Assembly: GCA_964199315.1 (NCBI GenBank)
Contig: OZ116700.1
Span: 4,092,001 to 4,156,000, forward strand
DNA: 64,000 bases
Direction of reading: 5' to 3'
Origin: Orbicella franksi
Lineage: Eukaryota
A program made the position numbers and the translations under genes. Every line of letters starts with the position of its first letter. Position 1 is the stretch's first letter. The notes under the pieces are model-generated. The model worked only from the letters and a program-made list of their open reading frames with translations, was not told the DNA's origin and searched no databases. This document shows positions 47,631 to 61,600 of this stretch, piece after piece.

Positions 47631-50317
47631 GAGGCAAATCACTGACTCGGTTACAGACAACTCATTTCTTGAAATGAAAACGTTTAAATCAGAACCTATT
47701 TCAATTTCAAATACAATGTCCGCATTCCTCAGGAACAAAAAACGAAGAAATTTGAGCAAATATCAGAATGCCTTTGTTTGTCTTCCTAGCTACGTCATTT
47801 AGGGTCTTTTAAAGGAATGTTCAGTTGTGTAAATTAATTTTTCAAGTGTAAAGAGGAAGAAATTATTGGGGAGCGATATCTTAAAATCTTATTACGAATT
47901 ACGTAACCTTATGACCCGAATTTGCGAACAGTCTTTATGAAAAAGGTAGCTGGCCTTTTTTGTATTTATCCCTCACAAAACAAATGGAAAACAAATCACT
48001 ACTCCAATACTTTAACATAATAGAGACCTCGACAAGGAGAATTGTTAGAAAAAGAAAAAAAAAAAAGTTAACAGGCCTCTTGCCTGGCTTGAATCGTGAT
48101 TCAAACTTGGCAGTCGCTGTAACTCAGCCATAATAAGACTCGAGTTATTCCAATATTCCTTGTAGGATTACGTCACTGGTAAATTGTGTCTCGCCGACAA
48201 CAGAAGTGCAGGTTAGCACTGGGAAGACGTACAGCATTCTATATTCGCCTGTACGCACTGAGTCAAGGTTAAGTGTTCGCGATCATACCATATGTTTACA
48301 AAAGAAGAAAAAGAAGTCGGTCGACGTTTCACAAAAACCGGTGCACTGGCTTAGCTGGCCTCGAAACCTAAAATTAAAAAGAAAACACCTCTTGCAAGCT
48401 TCTCAGGGACATTTAATGGAATCTCATTTTCCGAAGGAATTCAAGTAAGAAGAACAAAAGTTGCACAAAATGTTTTCGTTTCTGCGATAAGACGTCAAAG
48501 ACTCGAGTTAGTGACTCAAGACAGTAAAAATCTTCTTTCTCTTTATTCACTTCATAACATTAATTTACCCACCAATCTATATGGCTAATATAAATTACAC
48601 TTTAAGCTATCTGCAACTGGCTTTTAGATCGCTTTCGTTCATCTCACTCTTTTTGGTGACAACGTCTAATTTTCGGACTGAGCCTAAACGTTCTTTGTGT
48701 TTTACCAGTTGACCCTGAAATGTTCTTAAGATGTTTTTAAGTTCCTTGTTACATACACGTGGCAACGAATCAACTCCGCACGTGCACGTGCCTAGCTAGG
48801 ATCAGGATGTTATCAAAACAGATACAACGAAAGATGTGTGAAGTAATCGCTTATGTTTGAACAGTCTCTCTAAAACTAAAAGCATTCGGCTACTGGACCG
48901 CATAGACTCGCATTTTACCAAAGTGCAAATTGTTCTGTATAAGTCAGTTATCAAAACAAACTTCCTCTAGTGACTCGCAGAAGCGCAACTGCCTTCGAAC
49001 ACCGTCATTTCACGGACTTTGGTGAAAACAGCGAAGAACGTTTATTAATAACAGTTACTTGCATGACAACCCTGTACTTCTCTGTACAAAAATAAATCAT
49101 TTCTAAAAGCAATGCAGTAAACTTGCAAGAGAGGAAAAACGTTTGAAAACCTACCTTAATTTGATGCCACGTTTCGTGACATTGAGTTCAAAATCAAGGA
49201 AGTGGGAAAGTTCTATTTCTGCAATGTACTTTTTCACGCAATTTTCGCTCAGTTATCCTATTTAGTTCTCTTACGGCCAAAGATTTCTCGTCCAGTTTTC
49301 AATGACGATTATCATCACGAGCTAATCATTGAAGCTTCGAAACTCGCAACTGCAGATAGCTCTGTTGAGGTGCAACGAGGACGGATGTTAATCTTGTTTT
49401 TCATGATGATGATAATGATGATGATAAAGCACCGTTACCTGAACTACCCTGCGGCAGCTGTTCTGGACTTTGCATCGAACGACAAATCACTACTTCAATA
49501 TTTTAATATATTAATGTAGGCCGTTGCAAGGAGAATTGTTAGAGAAAAATCGCATTAACCAGCCTCTTGCCTGACTTGAATTGTGATTCAAACTTGGCAG
49601 TCACCTGTAATTCAACCATGATAAGACTCTAGTTATTCCAATATTCCTTGTAGGATTACGTAACTGGTAAATTGTGTCTCGCCAACGATTTTGCAAGTCG
49701 AACGCAACAGAAGTGCAGGTTAGTACTTGGAAATTACACAGCAGTCTTTTCCACATTCACCTGTGCGCACTGAATCAATGTAAAATGTTTGCGATCTTGA
49801 TACCATAATTTGACCATAAGTTTAAAAAAGAAGAAAAAGAAGTCGGTCGACTTTTCACAAAGCGTAGTCGCTTAGCTGTTCCCGGAACTTGTTCACAACA
49901 TTATTTTATCCCCCCAATCTACCTGCTAATTTAAATTACACTTTAATTAAGCTATCTGCAACAGGCTTTTCGATCGCTTTTTTGTAACAACGTCTAATTT
50001 TCGAACTAAGCCTGAAAATTCTTAATGTTTTCCTATTTAACATGTACTTGCTCGTCCCTAGGTAGAATCAGGAAGTAATCATTAAAAAGTTTAGATTTCG
50101 GCTATTATATAGTTACTCCAGCAAATGCCAGAACTTTCTCGACAGTGGTTTATCAATGCAAAAAGTACAATGTAATGCAACAGCCCGCTCAATTGGGCGT
50201 AATGTTTTATTCCTCGGATCCATAAAAGAGATTACTGTTTCAGCACTCAATGAAATGGAACGACACTTAATTTTGGTAATATCAACAACACTTTCGAATC
50301 CGCATTCCAAATGGTAT

Positions 50318-50696
50318 TAGGGACCTTAAGTGAACCAGGACGACGCCAGCCGGCAACGAGAACGCCACCAAACAAAACGAAAAGGTTTAATGAGTAGAAC
50401 AATGGCTGTGCACGTGCGCTATAAATCTTTGTACATTTCGTTGCTGTCCTCTGCACAACAACAACGTGAAATGACCAAGTTCTGCTTAGTCTGAGGAACG
50501 CGAACGACAACAGCTAATTTTGTGTATTGCTATTTGCAACTGAACGCTTTCGTTGCGTATTTAGCCTTAGCATGTTTTTAGAGCCACTGGCGTTCTGAAC
50601 AGATCTAGACAATTGCGAATTTCACTGATAAAATATAAATTCATTGTTGACTGGGTGTCGTCTTCGGCGTCGCCGTTGTGGTTGCTTAAGCGCTCT
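50318..50696. mobile_element. MITE inserted in the repeat array
   Basis: Imperfect inverted ends (AGGGACCTTAAG...CGACGCC and GGCGTCG...CTTAAGCGCTCT) around a non-coding interior. Confidence 0.7.
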
Positions 50697-52422
50697 TTTA
50701 AAATTATATTTGTTGACACGATCGACAAGAAACGATGAAGTTGGAAAAGTGGGTTAATTATGTAGCATTTACATGAATAGTATATAAATAAACGAAGAAG
50801 TAACCGTCACCATGGATGGCCGAAATAAGAAGAAATGGAGACAAATCACTGACTCGGTTACAGACAACTCATCCCTTGAAATGAGAACATTTACATCAGA
50901 AGCATACATCAGAAGCAAACGTCCGCATTCCGCCGAAGAGACAACGAAGAAATTTAAGCAAACATCAGAATGCCTTTGTTTGTCTTCCTAGCTACGTCAT
51001 TTAGGGTCTTTTAAAGGGATGTTCAGTTGTGTAAATTAATTTTTCACGTGTGGAAGAAATTGTTGGGGAGCGATATCTTAAAATCTCATTACGAATTACG
51101 TAACCTTATGACCCGAATTTGTGAACAGTCTTTATGAAAAAGGTAGCTGGCCTTTTTTGTATTTCTCCCTCACAAACCAAATCGAAAACAAATCACTACT
51201 TCAATATTTTAACATAGTAGAGACCTCGGCAATCGTGATTCAAACTTGCAGCCGCCTGTAACTCAGCCATAATAAGACTCGAGTTATTCCAATATTCCTT
51301 GTAGGATTACGTCACTGGCTTATATTTATATATATTACACTTTAAGCTATCTGCAACTGGCTTTTAGATCGCTTTCGTTCATCTCACTCTTTTTGGTGAC
51401 AACGTCTAATTTTCGGACTGAGCCTAAACGTTCTTTGTGTTTTACCAGTTGACCCTGAAATGTTCTTAAGATGTTTTTAAGTTCCTTGTTACATACACGT
51501 GGCAACGAATCAACTCCGCACGTGCACGTACCTAGCTAGGATCAGGATGTTATCAAAACAGATGCAACGGAAGATGTGTATACTAATCGCTTAAGTTCGA
51601 ACTAAAAGCATTCGGCTACTGGACCGCATAGACTCACATTTTACCAAAGTGCATAGTGTTCTTCATAAGAGTTATCAAAACAAACTTCCCCTAGTGACTC
51701 TCAGAAGCACAGCTGCCTTCGAACACCGACATTTCACGGACTTTGGTGAACAAAGCCAAGAACGTTTATTAATAACTAGTTGCTTGTATGCCCTGTATTT
51801 CTCTGTAAAGGAAACAAATCTCTAAAAGCAATGCAGTAGACTTGCACGAGAGGAAAACGTTTGAAAACCTGCTTTAATTTGATGCCACGTTTCGTGACAT
51901 TGAGTTCAAAATGACGGAAGTGGGAAAGTTCTATCTCTGCAATGTACTTTTTCACGCACTTTTCGCTCAGTTATTCTATTCCATCACAAGCTAATCATTG
52001 AAGCTTCGATACTCGTGACTGCATATAGCTCTGTTGAGGAGCAACGAGGGACGATGATGATTACCATCACAAGCTGACCGTTGAAGCTTCGTTACTTGCG
52101 ATTGCATATAGCTCTACTGAGCTGCAACGAGGACGGATGTTAATCTTGTTTTTTTCATGATGATGACGTTTTCACGTATAAAGTGGAAGAAATTATTGGG
52201 GAGCGATATCTTAAAACCGTATTACAAACCGAAAATTTTAACAGAGATGATAGTAAAACAGTATTTAATCATTGGTTATTACATGTAATAAGTTTGAGAG
52301 GACTGGGTGTAAAAACGAATGCAAAAACAGCATTCAAAACATAACACCTGCGCGCGCAACGCCATAAATGATTACCCTATGGAGCCACCTTAACTTAGCG
52401 CTAATTCCGACGTGCAATGCCT

Positions 52423-52610
52423 CAAGCCTGGTTTTCACTAGCGACGCAAGAACAAGCGCAAGCAAAAGCACAAACAATAATTCTTCTTCCACCGCGAAGA
52501 CGGTCTTGACGCAGGCATAAGGACAAGCGCAAGCACAAGGATCAAAATTGTTCCTTTTTCTTGTGATTGCGCTTTTGCTTGCGTTCCGCTGTAACAAGTG
52601 AAAACGAAAT
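52423..52610. mobile_element. Short interspersed repeat (MITE-like) with GCAAGCACAAG-type internal repeats
   Basis: Starts AAGCCTGGTTTTCACTAG and ends ...GTGAAAAC; internal CAAGCGCAAGCA arms pair with TTGCTTGCG. Confidence 0.5.
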
Positions 52611-54769
52611 ACCGCTCAGGCAGGCAGACCTTATTACCCGAAAGAATTTACACAATGCCCGAAAGCGTGAGTGTTGTTCAAACGCACTCAAATCGGATTG
52701 AAAACAACGACGTTCACAATTCTCACGTAATCTCTGTAATCATTCCAAAAATAGTTATTTTGAAACCTCACATACTCTATGACCTCGATCGACAGCCTAG
52801 TGAAAATCAAAAACTTAGAAAAGAAACGTTAATTCTTCCTCGTACGAAAAGTTCAAGAAAACTTTACAACGGCTTTTTGTGGAGCCATTCAAAACGGCTT
52901 TTTTCAGAGTAACAACAAAGACAAAAGTCTTGGCCTTCGTTTGCTTTGATTCTTTTGTCATTGTTTTGTTGATGGAAAGAATATCCATCCATCATCATTC
53001 GACCTTAACTCCGTTTTGGCAATTAAGAAAGTAGCCTACAAACCTGATCTTGACAACGTTTTGAAATGTTTTTTCCTGAGTATTTTTGCCCGAATCATCA
53101 GCGTTTTGCTCAAAAAATTACAAAAAAATCTGGAACTGGGAGGGGGGGGGGGGGGTTGCTGCCCCCTCCCCGGCCCGTACGCCTATGCTTTTGTTATGGG
53201 ATTTTCTGAGAATACTATGTTCCTTCTCGACTGCACTGATCCCTCAACGAAGCTCTGGCTCACTTAGATGGAGGAATACTTTCCCTAAAGAGATCCACTT
53301 TTGTGATCATATTGCCGCCAATTGCAACAGATTTAAACCAATTCAGAAGTCAATTTACTCCGTCCTAGAATAACCACTTCTTCAACTTCCTTTCCGCCGT
53401 ACTGACTTTCTTCAGAAAAGAAAAGAAAATTAGTTGTTTAGGTCGTTTCCGTCACGGAAGAGGAAGAGGCATTCGCAAAATCGGCTTTCGTTATGTTCAG
53501 TATACAATCGAACAATCTAATAGCCCGCGACAATCAGTTTATTCAACTTGGATGTACTGATATACGATGTACGTTTACATTTGTTCATAGCGAAAATACA
53601 GATTGAATTGTTTGAATTTCACCATGAAGCAGTTTAGGAATACTTTATCGCCGGTGAAGATCAGTTGAGCGTTATTTGGCAAACGTGACGTTTTATATCG
53701 TTCCTGCACCATACAGTGGCGAAACTCAAACAAAATTAATGAATTTAACAAGACACGCAGTGAAATTGTTTCCCTAAACGGCGTTTATGTTCTATTTAGC
53801 TACGCAACGCCTTCTGAAATTTAAAGAAATCGATTGACTTACCCAAATAAGCGGAGGCCATCTTCTCACTCGTAAAATACGTTCGTTGAAGCTTCAACAT
53901 CCTTGCAATTACAGTAGAAAACATATAGAATGATGTGTAGATCAGAAATATTGGTAAATATAGTTGTTTTCCGCGTGTTTTCTTGGATGGAGCTTATGGA
54001 ACTACTTCAACCTTGTGTATGTTGCGTGACATGACCAGCTTTGCGTTTCCCGATCGCTGGTCAAGAGGGGCGCGGGCTCTGAGTACGGAGGTGTTAAATA
54101 TGTTCGACCCCTTGGTCAGTTATCAAAGTCCCGAAATCATTTTATCTAACAAGGATGCTTTTATTAAAAACTTTACTCTTCTAAGCGTCATAAAACAAAA
54201 CAAGTTGTAACCCTATTGAGATGATCAATTTTACAAAGATACAGAAAATTTCAACAGATGCTAAACACACAGTCAATCTGAACAAATCAATATAAGCTGA
54301 TATCATAACTTGATCATTGCGTAATTTACAAATGGGTTAAGCGTTTTTTTTGGTCCCAAGGGCCTCAGTTTCTAATTAATGTTAGAAATTCTAACTCTTA
54401 TTCACATTTCATTTCATGTCTGTTTCGAGAACCTGGTAATATGCCAAGACAATAATGTTTCTCGGAACGAACAAATTGAGTTTTCTCTTTCAAATAATTG
54501 ATAGGAAAAGCCGAGGGAAGCATCGATATCATAAGGAGGTGAAAAATTAAGCTATTCTCCCAACCCGAGGGACCAGGCACTAAATGCTCTCAAAATAACC
54601 AATTTTGAATTCAGCGTTATCAAAAACTAAAACTAAAAAAGCAGTATTATGCCAATGTGTAAGACTACATAAAACTTCAGGGAAAACGTTCAACAAGCAA
54701 GAACCACAGACAGAAAAAAAGCACTAGAAAAGTTAAAGAGTCTTTAACCAAAGAAAATGTGGCCTTTGT

Positions 54770-54891
54770 CAGTGGCGGATCTAGACCTTGAGCTAAGGGG
54801 GGGGGGGAGGGAGGGGGGTGCTGTCCCCGCCGGCTTTTCTTCCTTCCTTCTTTTTTCTTGGGGGGGGGGGCTTCCCCTAGATTCACCACTG
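54770..54891. mobile_element. hAT-like MITE remnant
   Basis: TIRs CAGTGGCGGATCTAG and CTAGATTCACCACTG with G-rich interior; no 8-bp TSD recognisable. Confidence 0.6.
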
Positions 54892-55607
54892 CTTGCGAAC
54901 GTTTACACTATTTCATAGCTCTCCTTAGAGAGCTTCAAAACGCCTAAAAAATAAAGCTCATTTGAAAATCATGATAAATTCTACAGTTGAAAAGCATAAA
55001 CGTTACGCAACAAAGAGAGTTGTCTAAGAAACTTATCTAGCGAAACATGAGCTAAAAACTTATAGAATTGAAGTAAAACAATCAATTCTGATCAATAATC
55101 TTAGAGAGCGTCTTCATAGCAACAAAATTATTCCTAAATGAAAATGATAAAAACAACGGCCTAAATACTAGACAACTTCTTGCACTAAATGATCAAATGT
55201 CAGAGAAATAGTGGAATAGTATACTTTTTAATCTGACAACGAGAACTTACAAATCACGAACGTTTGCTGCAAATAAATTTACATATACTTGGGTAAAAGG
55301 CTACTAGCTAAACTGTTGCAGCAAAAGGTTAAATGTTTCAGAAGCAATGGCTAAAATGGCTCCGTTTCTGCTGTTCCTAACAAGGACCACCAAAGTTGTG
55401 ACTAATCAAGATTGCCGTCAACAAATTTATCACAATCGTGTAAAAACTCACTAGATAGCTCTTAGGTGAGCCAATGGTAAAAGTTAGAAGAGAAATTTGG
55501 AAAAATGGCTCGATTTTTATTTAAACAAGGAGGACCTTCAAGTTGCAAATGACGTAGCCTTTTAAAACTAAAGTTGTTGTGTCATGAGTGTGTATGCCGC
55601 TACAGTT

Positions 55608-58600
55608 CTAACTAGTCAACAATGTCACTCCAAATACAGCTTCTATCATGTTAAAGAACGCTTTTAGATCGGAATAATCAGTGAATTCCAAGTTGTAAAC
55701 TCGTCGACCTGTTATGACGGACGCAACTTGTCCCAGGTTCCCACTTTGATGAGCTCCGACTCTTCGCTTGCGCCAGGCATACTTCTGGGCACTGGAGACG
55801 AGTCGCCCTGGCTGCACCATGCGGAGGCCTGAAAGAAAGGTTTTTAGTGACAAATTTACTTTAAGGTGTAACTTATCAATATAAAAATAGTTTTAAGGAT
55901 GCACTGTTCGAGTACAGCACATACACAAAGAAGACGTAATTACCAGGTGTTTTGTACAAGACAATGCACAATGTGGTGGAATCATTAATTTTGTTCGAAT
56001 TTTGCTTTGAAAGGGATAATAAAAAACCGGGTCCCTTCTTGTATACATGGCCTGATCAATTCGAAATTTCCAAAACGTTCGTTCGGATTTTCTTAGCTCT
56101 TGGTAATATGCGCCGTTTTTTACTCTTGAAATACAGTTCATAGGACAAAAGCTAAGGGGAAAAAACATTCTAAATTATTCGAAATTTTGCGAATTCTGCA
56201 GGCAACAAAATCACATCAAATTCAACAAACCATGCAAACCTAGGCGAAGATAATAACTTAATTAACTCATGAGTTTTGTTACCTTTCAGGTCAATTATTT
56301 TTTTGGTTTTCTCGTTCTCGTCCGTTCCTCCTTCCTCGATTCTTGACCTCAACTCAAGTTTGTGAGCATCCTCGGTGAAAAATATTTCTCCAAAGTGTGG
56401 CCATTTGTTTCCTAAAAAGGAAGATGGTTAGAAAACGTTAGAAATAACCCAAGACCAAAGATGCAAACTGTCGGGTCAACTGAAAGTCATAGGAAATATT
56501 TCCTCAATAGACCATTTTACAGTTGTCTGCTAGGTGACCTGGCCTTTAAATAACAGCGAGGCTGGAGGTGACCTTGCTTTGATACAGACCTCTACTTTTG
56601 TCAGGTAAATCCACCTAGTTAGCATTAAAACAACTTGATTTACACAACAAAAGCAGTGAGGTCTGTGTCAAAACAAAGTCACCTCCAGCTTCGCTGCCAT
56701 TCAAAGGCCAGGTCATTGAGCAGACAACTGTAAAATGGTCTATTCAAGGAATCAGTTAAAAACTGACAGCATTTAAAGAGAGAAAGCATTTACGTCATCT
56801 CCAGTCTTCTTCGCAGTTTGGGTCGTAATCCAAAGAGCATTGCATGGCGGCTCAAATTATGGTGGGAAAGTACGCTATACGTTTCAACAAACTGGTGAAA
56901 ACATTTAAAAGAATACGATTTACAGGCGTGGACAAGCGTGGACTTAAGCGTTTTAAATGTGTCCATATTGCAATCCATCTTTTTAGCGCTCGTCACACTC
57001 TAGAGGTTTTTGTTATTTGCCGAGCGCTGTCCTACAAGATCATTCTGCTACTGCTCTACTTCCTTCGCCAGAGAATAAACATTCAGCGCGTCTTTAAACC
57101 ATTCTCTAATAACGACGTAACGATACTCGGAAGTGAAATAAAAGCTATCAGCCGACTTTTCATCATTGAAACGCTGTCAGAGCAAATTACCTTTCTTTGA
57201 GTGGAGAAATACTTTTACTCCGCTGCAAAGTTTTTCCACGGCTCGTCTTTGACGGAATGTTCTTGAGGGTCTGGGGAATTCCGGGAACAACAAGCGGTAG
57301 TTGAATGCAAGGGCTGTCGCTAGGATACTACCTGTTACGTGAGCATTGGGTAACTCACTCAATGAGTAATGGTCACCAGGACAAACGAGCACCGTTGTAC
57401 CTCCATCGACCAACTGGCCCCATACTTCCTCGACACTGTCCGATGAGCGAAGCGTGGGCGAGAAGCGGGCGTTTTGGCTTTTGAGAAAGGTGAGGGGACC
57501 GCGATAACGAACCTAATAATAGAAAAAGAGTCAAGAAAAGAGCTATTATGTCAAAGTTTAATAATTTTACTCTACTCGTGTTGCAGTCAACGCATCGAGT
57601 ACCGTTTTCCCCAAAATTGCAATAGGTTCCAAAGGACCTTCGTTATACAAGAGTCCGTTATATGGATTGGTTTTGTAATTTCCATTTAATTAAAGCGCCT
57701 ATACCTGAGGGGGCTGCCATTCTTGATGTGTCCTATTGGCAATACGTTGGTTCCTCAGAAGAGCCTCTCTGAGGGCCCTCAAATTGTACGTGGCGATGCC
57801 TTTCTCCAAGCTCCTCTTCTGTAGTTCCTCTATGATCCAGTCTTGAGTGTGCGCCTCTTTCAACTGTTTATATTCGTCTGCATCCATCTTCAAGGAATCT
57901 ACTGCAAGCTTTTTCAGAAAGTTTTCAAACTGAAGCTGAAAACACGAAGAAATGAATAACTTTATGTGAATCCCTCCGTCACAATAAAAGTAACATAGTA
58001 CTACTGTCGATGATGGGGCTGACCCGCCCTTTAGCTGTGGTGTTTCAAATTATGGACAAACTCATCAGCGCGTTACATGTCTGGAGATTTTGTTAATGGT
58101 AAAGGGGCCCATCCGCACTCGGTGAATTTCGTCTGTTTTGCAGTTTAGAGGTGCAGACAGTGATTGTACCTGCACCATGTTTTGTTAACCTTTAACAATC
58201 TTCCAAAGCGGCGTCGTGTTACCTCAGAGCAAGACAAGTTCTTGTCAAAGGTCAACACCGAATTTTAAAGAGAAAAACAGTTAAGATGTTTCTCCGCCAA
58301 CAGAGAGTCAAATTTTGTGGTTAGAAAATTAGTCGTTAATTTTTAAGGCCCCGTCCACACTATACGTCGGAGAAATTCGAAAGCGCAGCCTTATTTCAAC
58401 GGTTAGGCCTACCGTCCACACTAAACCGTCACAAAAACGGCTTTGAGTTTTGGTGTTGCCGGAGAACATTTTGAAAATGGAGCTTTGTTGCCTTTTCAGA
58501 GTGAAAAAGGCCGTTTTCAAATTTCTTCGGCGCAGTGTGAACGGGGCTTAAGTGTAGACGCGTTGATCAAAGTGAAAATTTGATGGGGACAATTGTGGTC

Positions 58601-61600
58601 AGCATAGTGCGTATGGGCCACCAAGATAACCGCTATGTCACAATTGAGATAAGTGTCCATGCTATGACCACCTCTCACGAACCTGAATATGTCGATGTGG
58701 CGAATTAGCATTCTCCTGCATGGAAGCCAGCCTAGTGCTGACAGTCTGTGAACGGGAATACCACGGAAATGTGTCAACCATGGCTACAAATTCTACCCTC
58801 TGGTTCTGCTCTGTCAACAAAGACGCCATTTCGTACGCAAGAAGCCCTCCGTAGGAATATCCGCCAAGAAAGTACGGTCCATGGCGCTGCTCCTCACTGA
58901 TCAGTTGAACGTAATGTGCAGCAAGTTCACGTACTCCACCCCAGTCCTCACTCACCACTGTTGGGTCAGTAAAGCCCAGTGCATAGAAGGATACCAATTC
59001 CTAGAGAGAAGAAAGAGAACATGTCAATTACGCAGTAATCACTATTTTAGCTTGTAAGATAACGGTTTAAACCTTTGGAAGACAAATAAGAAAGAAACAT
59101 AAAAAAAAAAAATTTATACAGAATGGAGTCAGCGTTGCTGGCTAAAAGTGAATAAAAGTGAAAGGGACTGTATCAACCTCAACTTTGAAGAACCATGTGA
59201 CTTTAGACAGATTCTCCCAGCTATAAGTATATGAAAAGTATAGAGATCGATGAGGAGAATTTGTCACTAGCAACGGGGTCTAGAGCTCTTGGAAATGTTT
59301 TTTCCACGGACTGATATTTACCTGGCCTTGAAATCCCGTAGAAATTGGCACCAAATTCAACGCATAGCGGTGTGATGGATGTACACAGAAGAACTTGATA
59401 GCTGCGCCAGCAGGAGTGTGCAGCGGTACAACTTGTACTTGACTGTCTGACGTACTGGGTGACGAAGATGTGTCCGCCATTGATTGTGCCTGAGCAGGTC
59501 CATCGTTTCGGTTCTCGGTACTCTGAGTTTGATTACTCGATGCTTGTCCGATAAGTTTGGCTGTGATATCTCTTCCTAGTTTTAGTGGAGTGGTATCAGG
59601 CTGCATGAAGTAGAAAGTCTGAAAAAAGTAAAAGATTAATTACTGGTTTCAATTCGGAAATGTGTAAAACAATTTTATACACTGACTACAGCACTACAAC
59701 TCAGTATCTGTTACCAAGAAATGTCACGTACATGCTAATGATAACCAAGAGAGATGAATATGGGAACTGAATTTCACTGAAACTTAACTTTAGAGGAATC
59801 AATCTTTAGTAAAATGATGAATGAAGCCAAAAAATGGACACTTTAAGGGGAGGTAGATCTTAGTCATCCTTTGAATTCAAATGTGATTAAGCAACCCACC
59901 TCAAAGGAAACCTGCAAATTGGCTTCAAGTTGCATTTTAATGGTCAAAGCCGCGGTTGAGTCGATACCGTAGCTGTACAAGCTCTTGTTGAGATCAGTCT
60001 CAGAGCGCGAGGACATTCCTGTCCATTCTCTCACGCACAAAGTAATGTACTCCTTGACAAGCTCGCTTTTCCTTTCTGGGTTCTTCTCCATCATAATTCT
60101 TTGCACCAGAGACTCTGAGGAAGTCTGGGTCTCAGAAGTGCTAATTTCAGCAGTGATTATCGAGAGTCGAGACGTCTTCCTCAGCCCGGTGTTACTTTTT
60201 ATGAATCGAGGCCAATCCACACCACAAAGACCGATTTGGAAGCGGCTCGGTTCTTCAGTTAACACTTTGATCATGTGTTGGACTCCTGCAATAATAGTTA
60301 GCAGTAATACTCAAAGTGTGATGGTTGACTCCATGAATTTAAATTGACGACTACGCCGTTTTTTAATGGACTCTCGAGCCTTCGAAAAAACGATCTTGTG
60401 AGAATGTTAGGCACATAGTAACCTATGAGTTTTAATTTACTAATAGCTTTACAGCTTACCCTCTCTGGCATCAATAAAGCCCAGTCCTGCTATGGTCAGC
60501 AGTTTAGCTACAGCACTTTCCCTTTCCATTACGCCAGCTCCACTGATTGGTCCCCAGTTAATCGAAAGTCCAGGAAGACCGAGCACGTCTCGTCGGTACT
60601 GGGCAAGAGAATCTTGAAAAGCGTTGCAGCCTGAGTATGACGATTGTCCCATGTTACCAAATATTGAAGCCATGGACGAAAACATGACGAAGAAATCAAG
60701 ATCCATTTCCAAGCTCATTTGGTGCAGCAAGAAGGAACCTAACAATGAATTGAATGATTGGATTTAGCTCTTAGGCCACTAATTTTATAACCGGAGCTTA
60801 AGAGAGGATTTTCACTGGGAATGGCGAACTTATTGTAACATTCTCATAACATGTTAAAGTTCTTGAGAAGCTCGTTGGGAATATCACAGCGAAAGCGTGC
60901 AACGAAAGAATAAAGTGACAAATATGGGAGCTCACTGGCATTGGAGCGCTTATTTTACAGACCAGATTCAGAGTATGCCTTAATTCAATAACAGCAGCTT
61001 ATTGCAAGAAGGGCGCTAAATGGTTTCTTGGTACCGTTGTTTCGGATAATAATAGATACGCGCGAATAGGCATATTACCTTTTATTTTAGGACCCATGAC
61101 ATCTGTGAAGCTCTCAAATGTCCACTCTTTGACAAACTCATCTCTTAAGACCATGGCAGAGTGTACGATACCAGCAACACTTGGAAGAGGTCGAAGCTGC
61201 TCTTTAAAGGAGGACATTTGTTCGTCGCTGGAGATGTCAGTCTATGAGAGACAAAAATATGAAATTTACTTATGAGTACTTTTAAGATTTTTGACATGCT
61301 TTTCTTCGTCAAAAACTTTCTTTAAGGTCTCGTACCTACCAAAGCTTTTAGCTATGGAAACGACATACCTGGAACGTATAGATCTTTGCGCCTGTCCTTT
61401 CTTCTATCTCTCGTATTTCTCGACTTTTGCCATCTGAGGGCTTTGATCGACTAATAAGCCCTATTGACGTTGCACCATTCTCTGCCATCCAGCAGGCCAC
61501 TTCAAATCCAAAACCTCGAAGCCCTCCTGCTACCAAGTATGTTCTGTCCTTTTTCAAGCCACATTCATCTAGGCCACATGGAAGGACAGGAATCTTGTTA

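Larger units (their letters stand above)
35731..52220. repeat. Complex degenerate tandem array with nested segmental duplications between the two PKS genes
   Basis: Marker GAAGTGGGAAAGTTC-like near 37750, 39355, 40235, 42715, 44570, 46145, 49200, 51915. Marker AATCGTGATTCAAACTTG near 38181, 39744, 40614, 43178, 45000, 46545, 48093, 49579, 51232. Larger duplicated blocks: 35731-37740 = 40708-42703; 37745-39700 = 44560-46490; ~47050-48100 = ~50060-51240. Confidence 0.9.

Noticed and set aside
38940-51540. Helitron 3' ends (hairpin plus CTAG) as origin of the array
   Set aside because: The palindrome abuts the CTAG, the following base is G or C rather than T, and there is no 5' TC end or Rep/helicase remnant.
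35731-52220. CRISPR-like array
   Set aside because: Units are kilobase-scale and homologous throughout; no short repeats with unique spacers and no cas genes.
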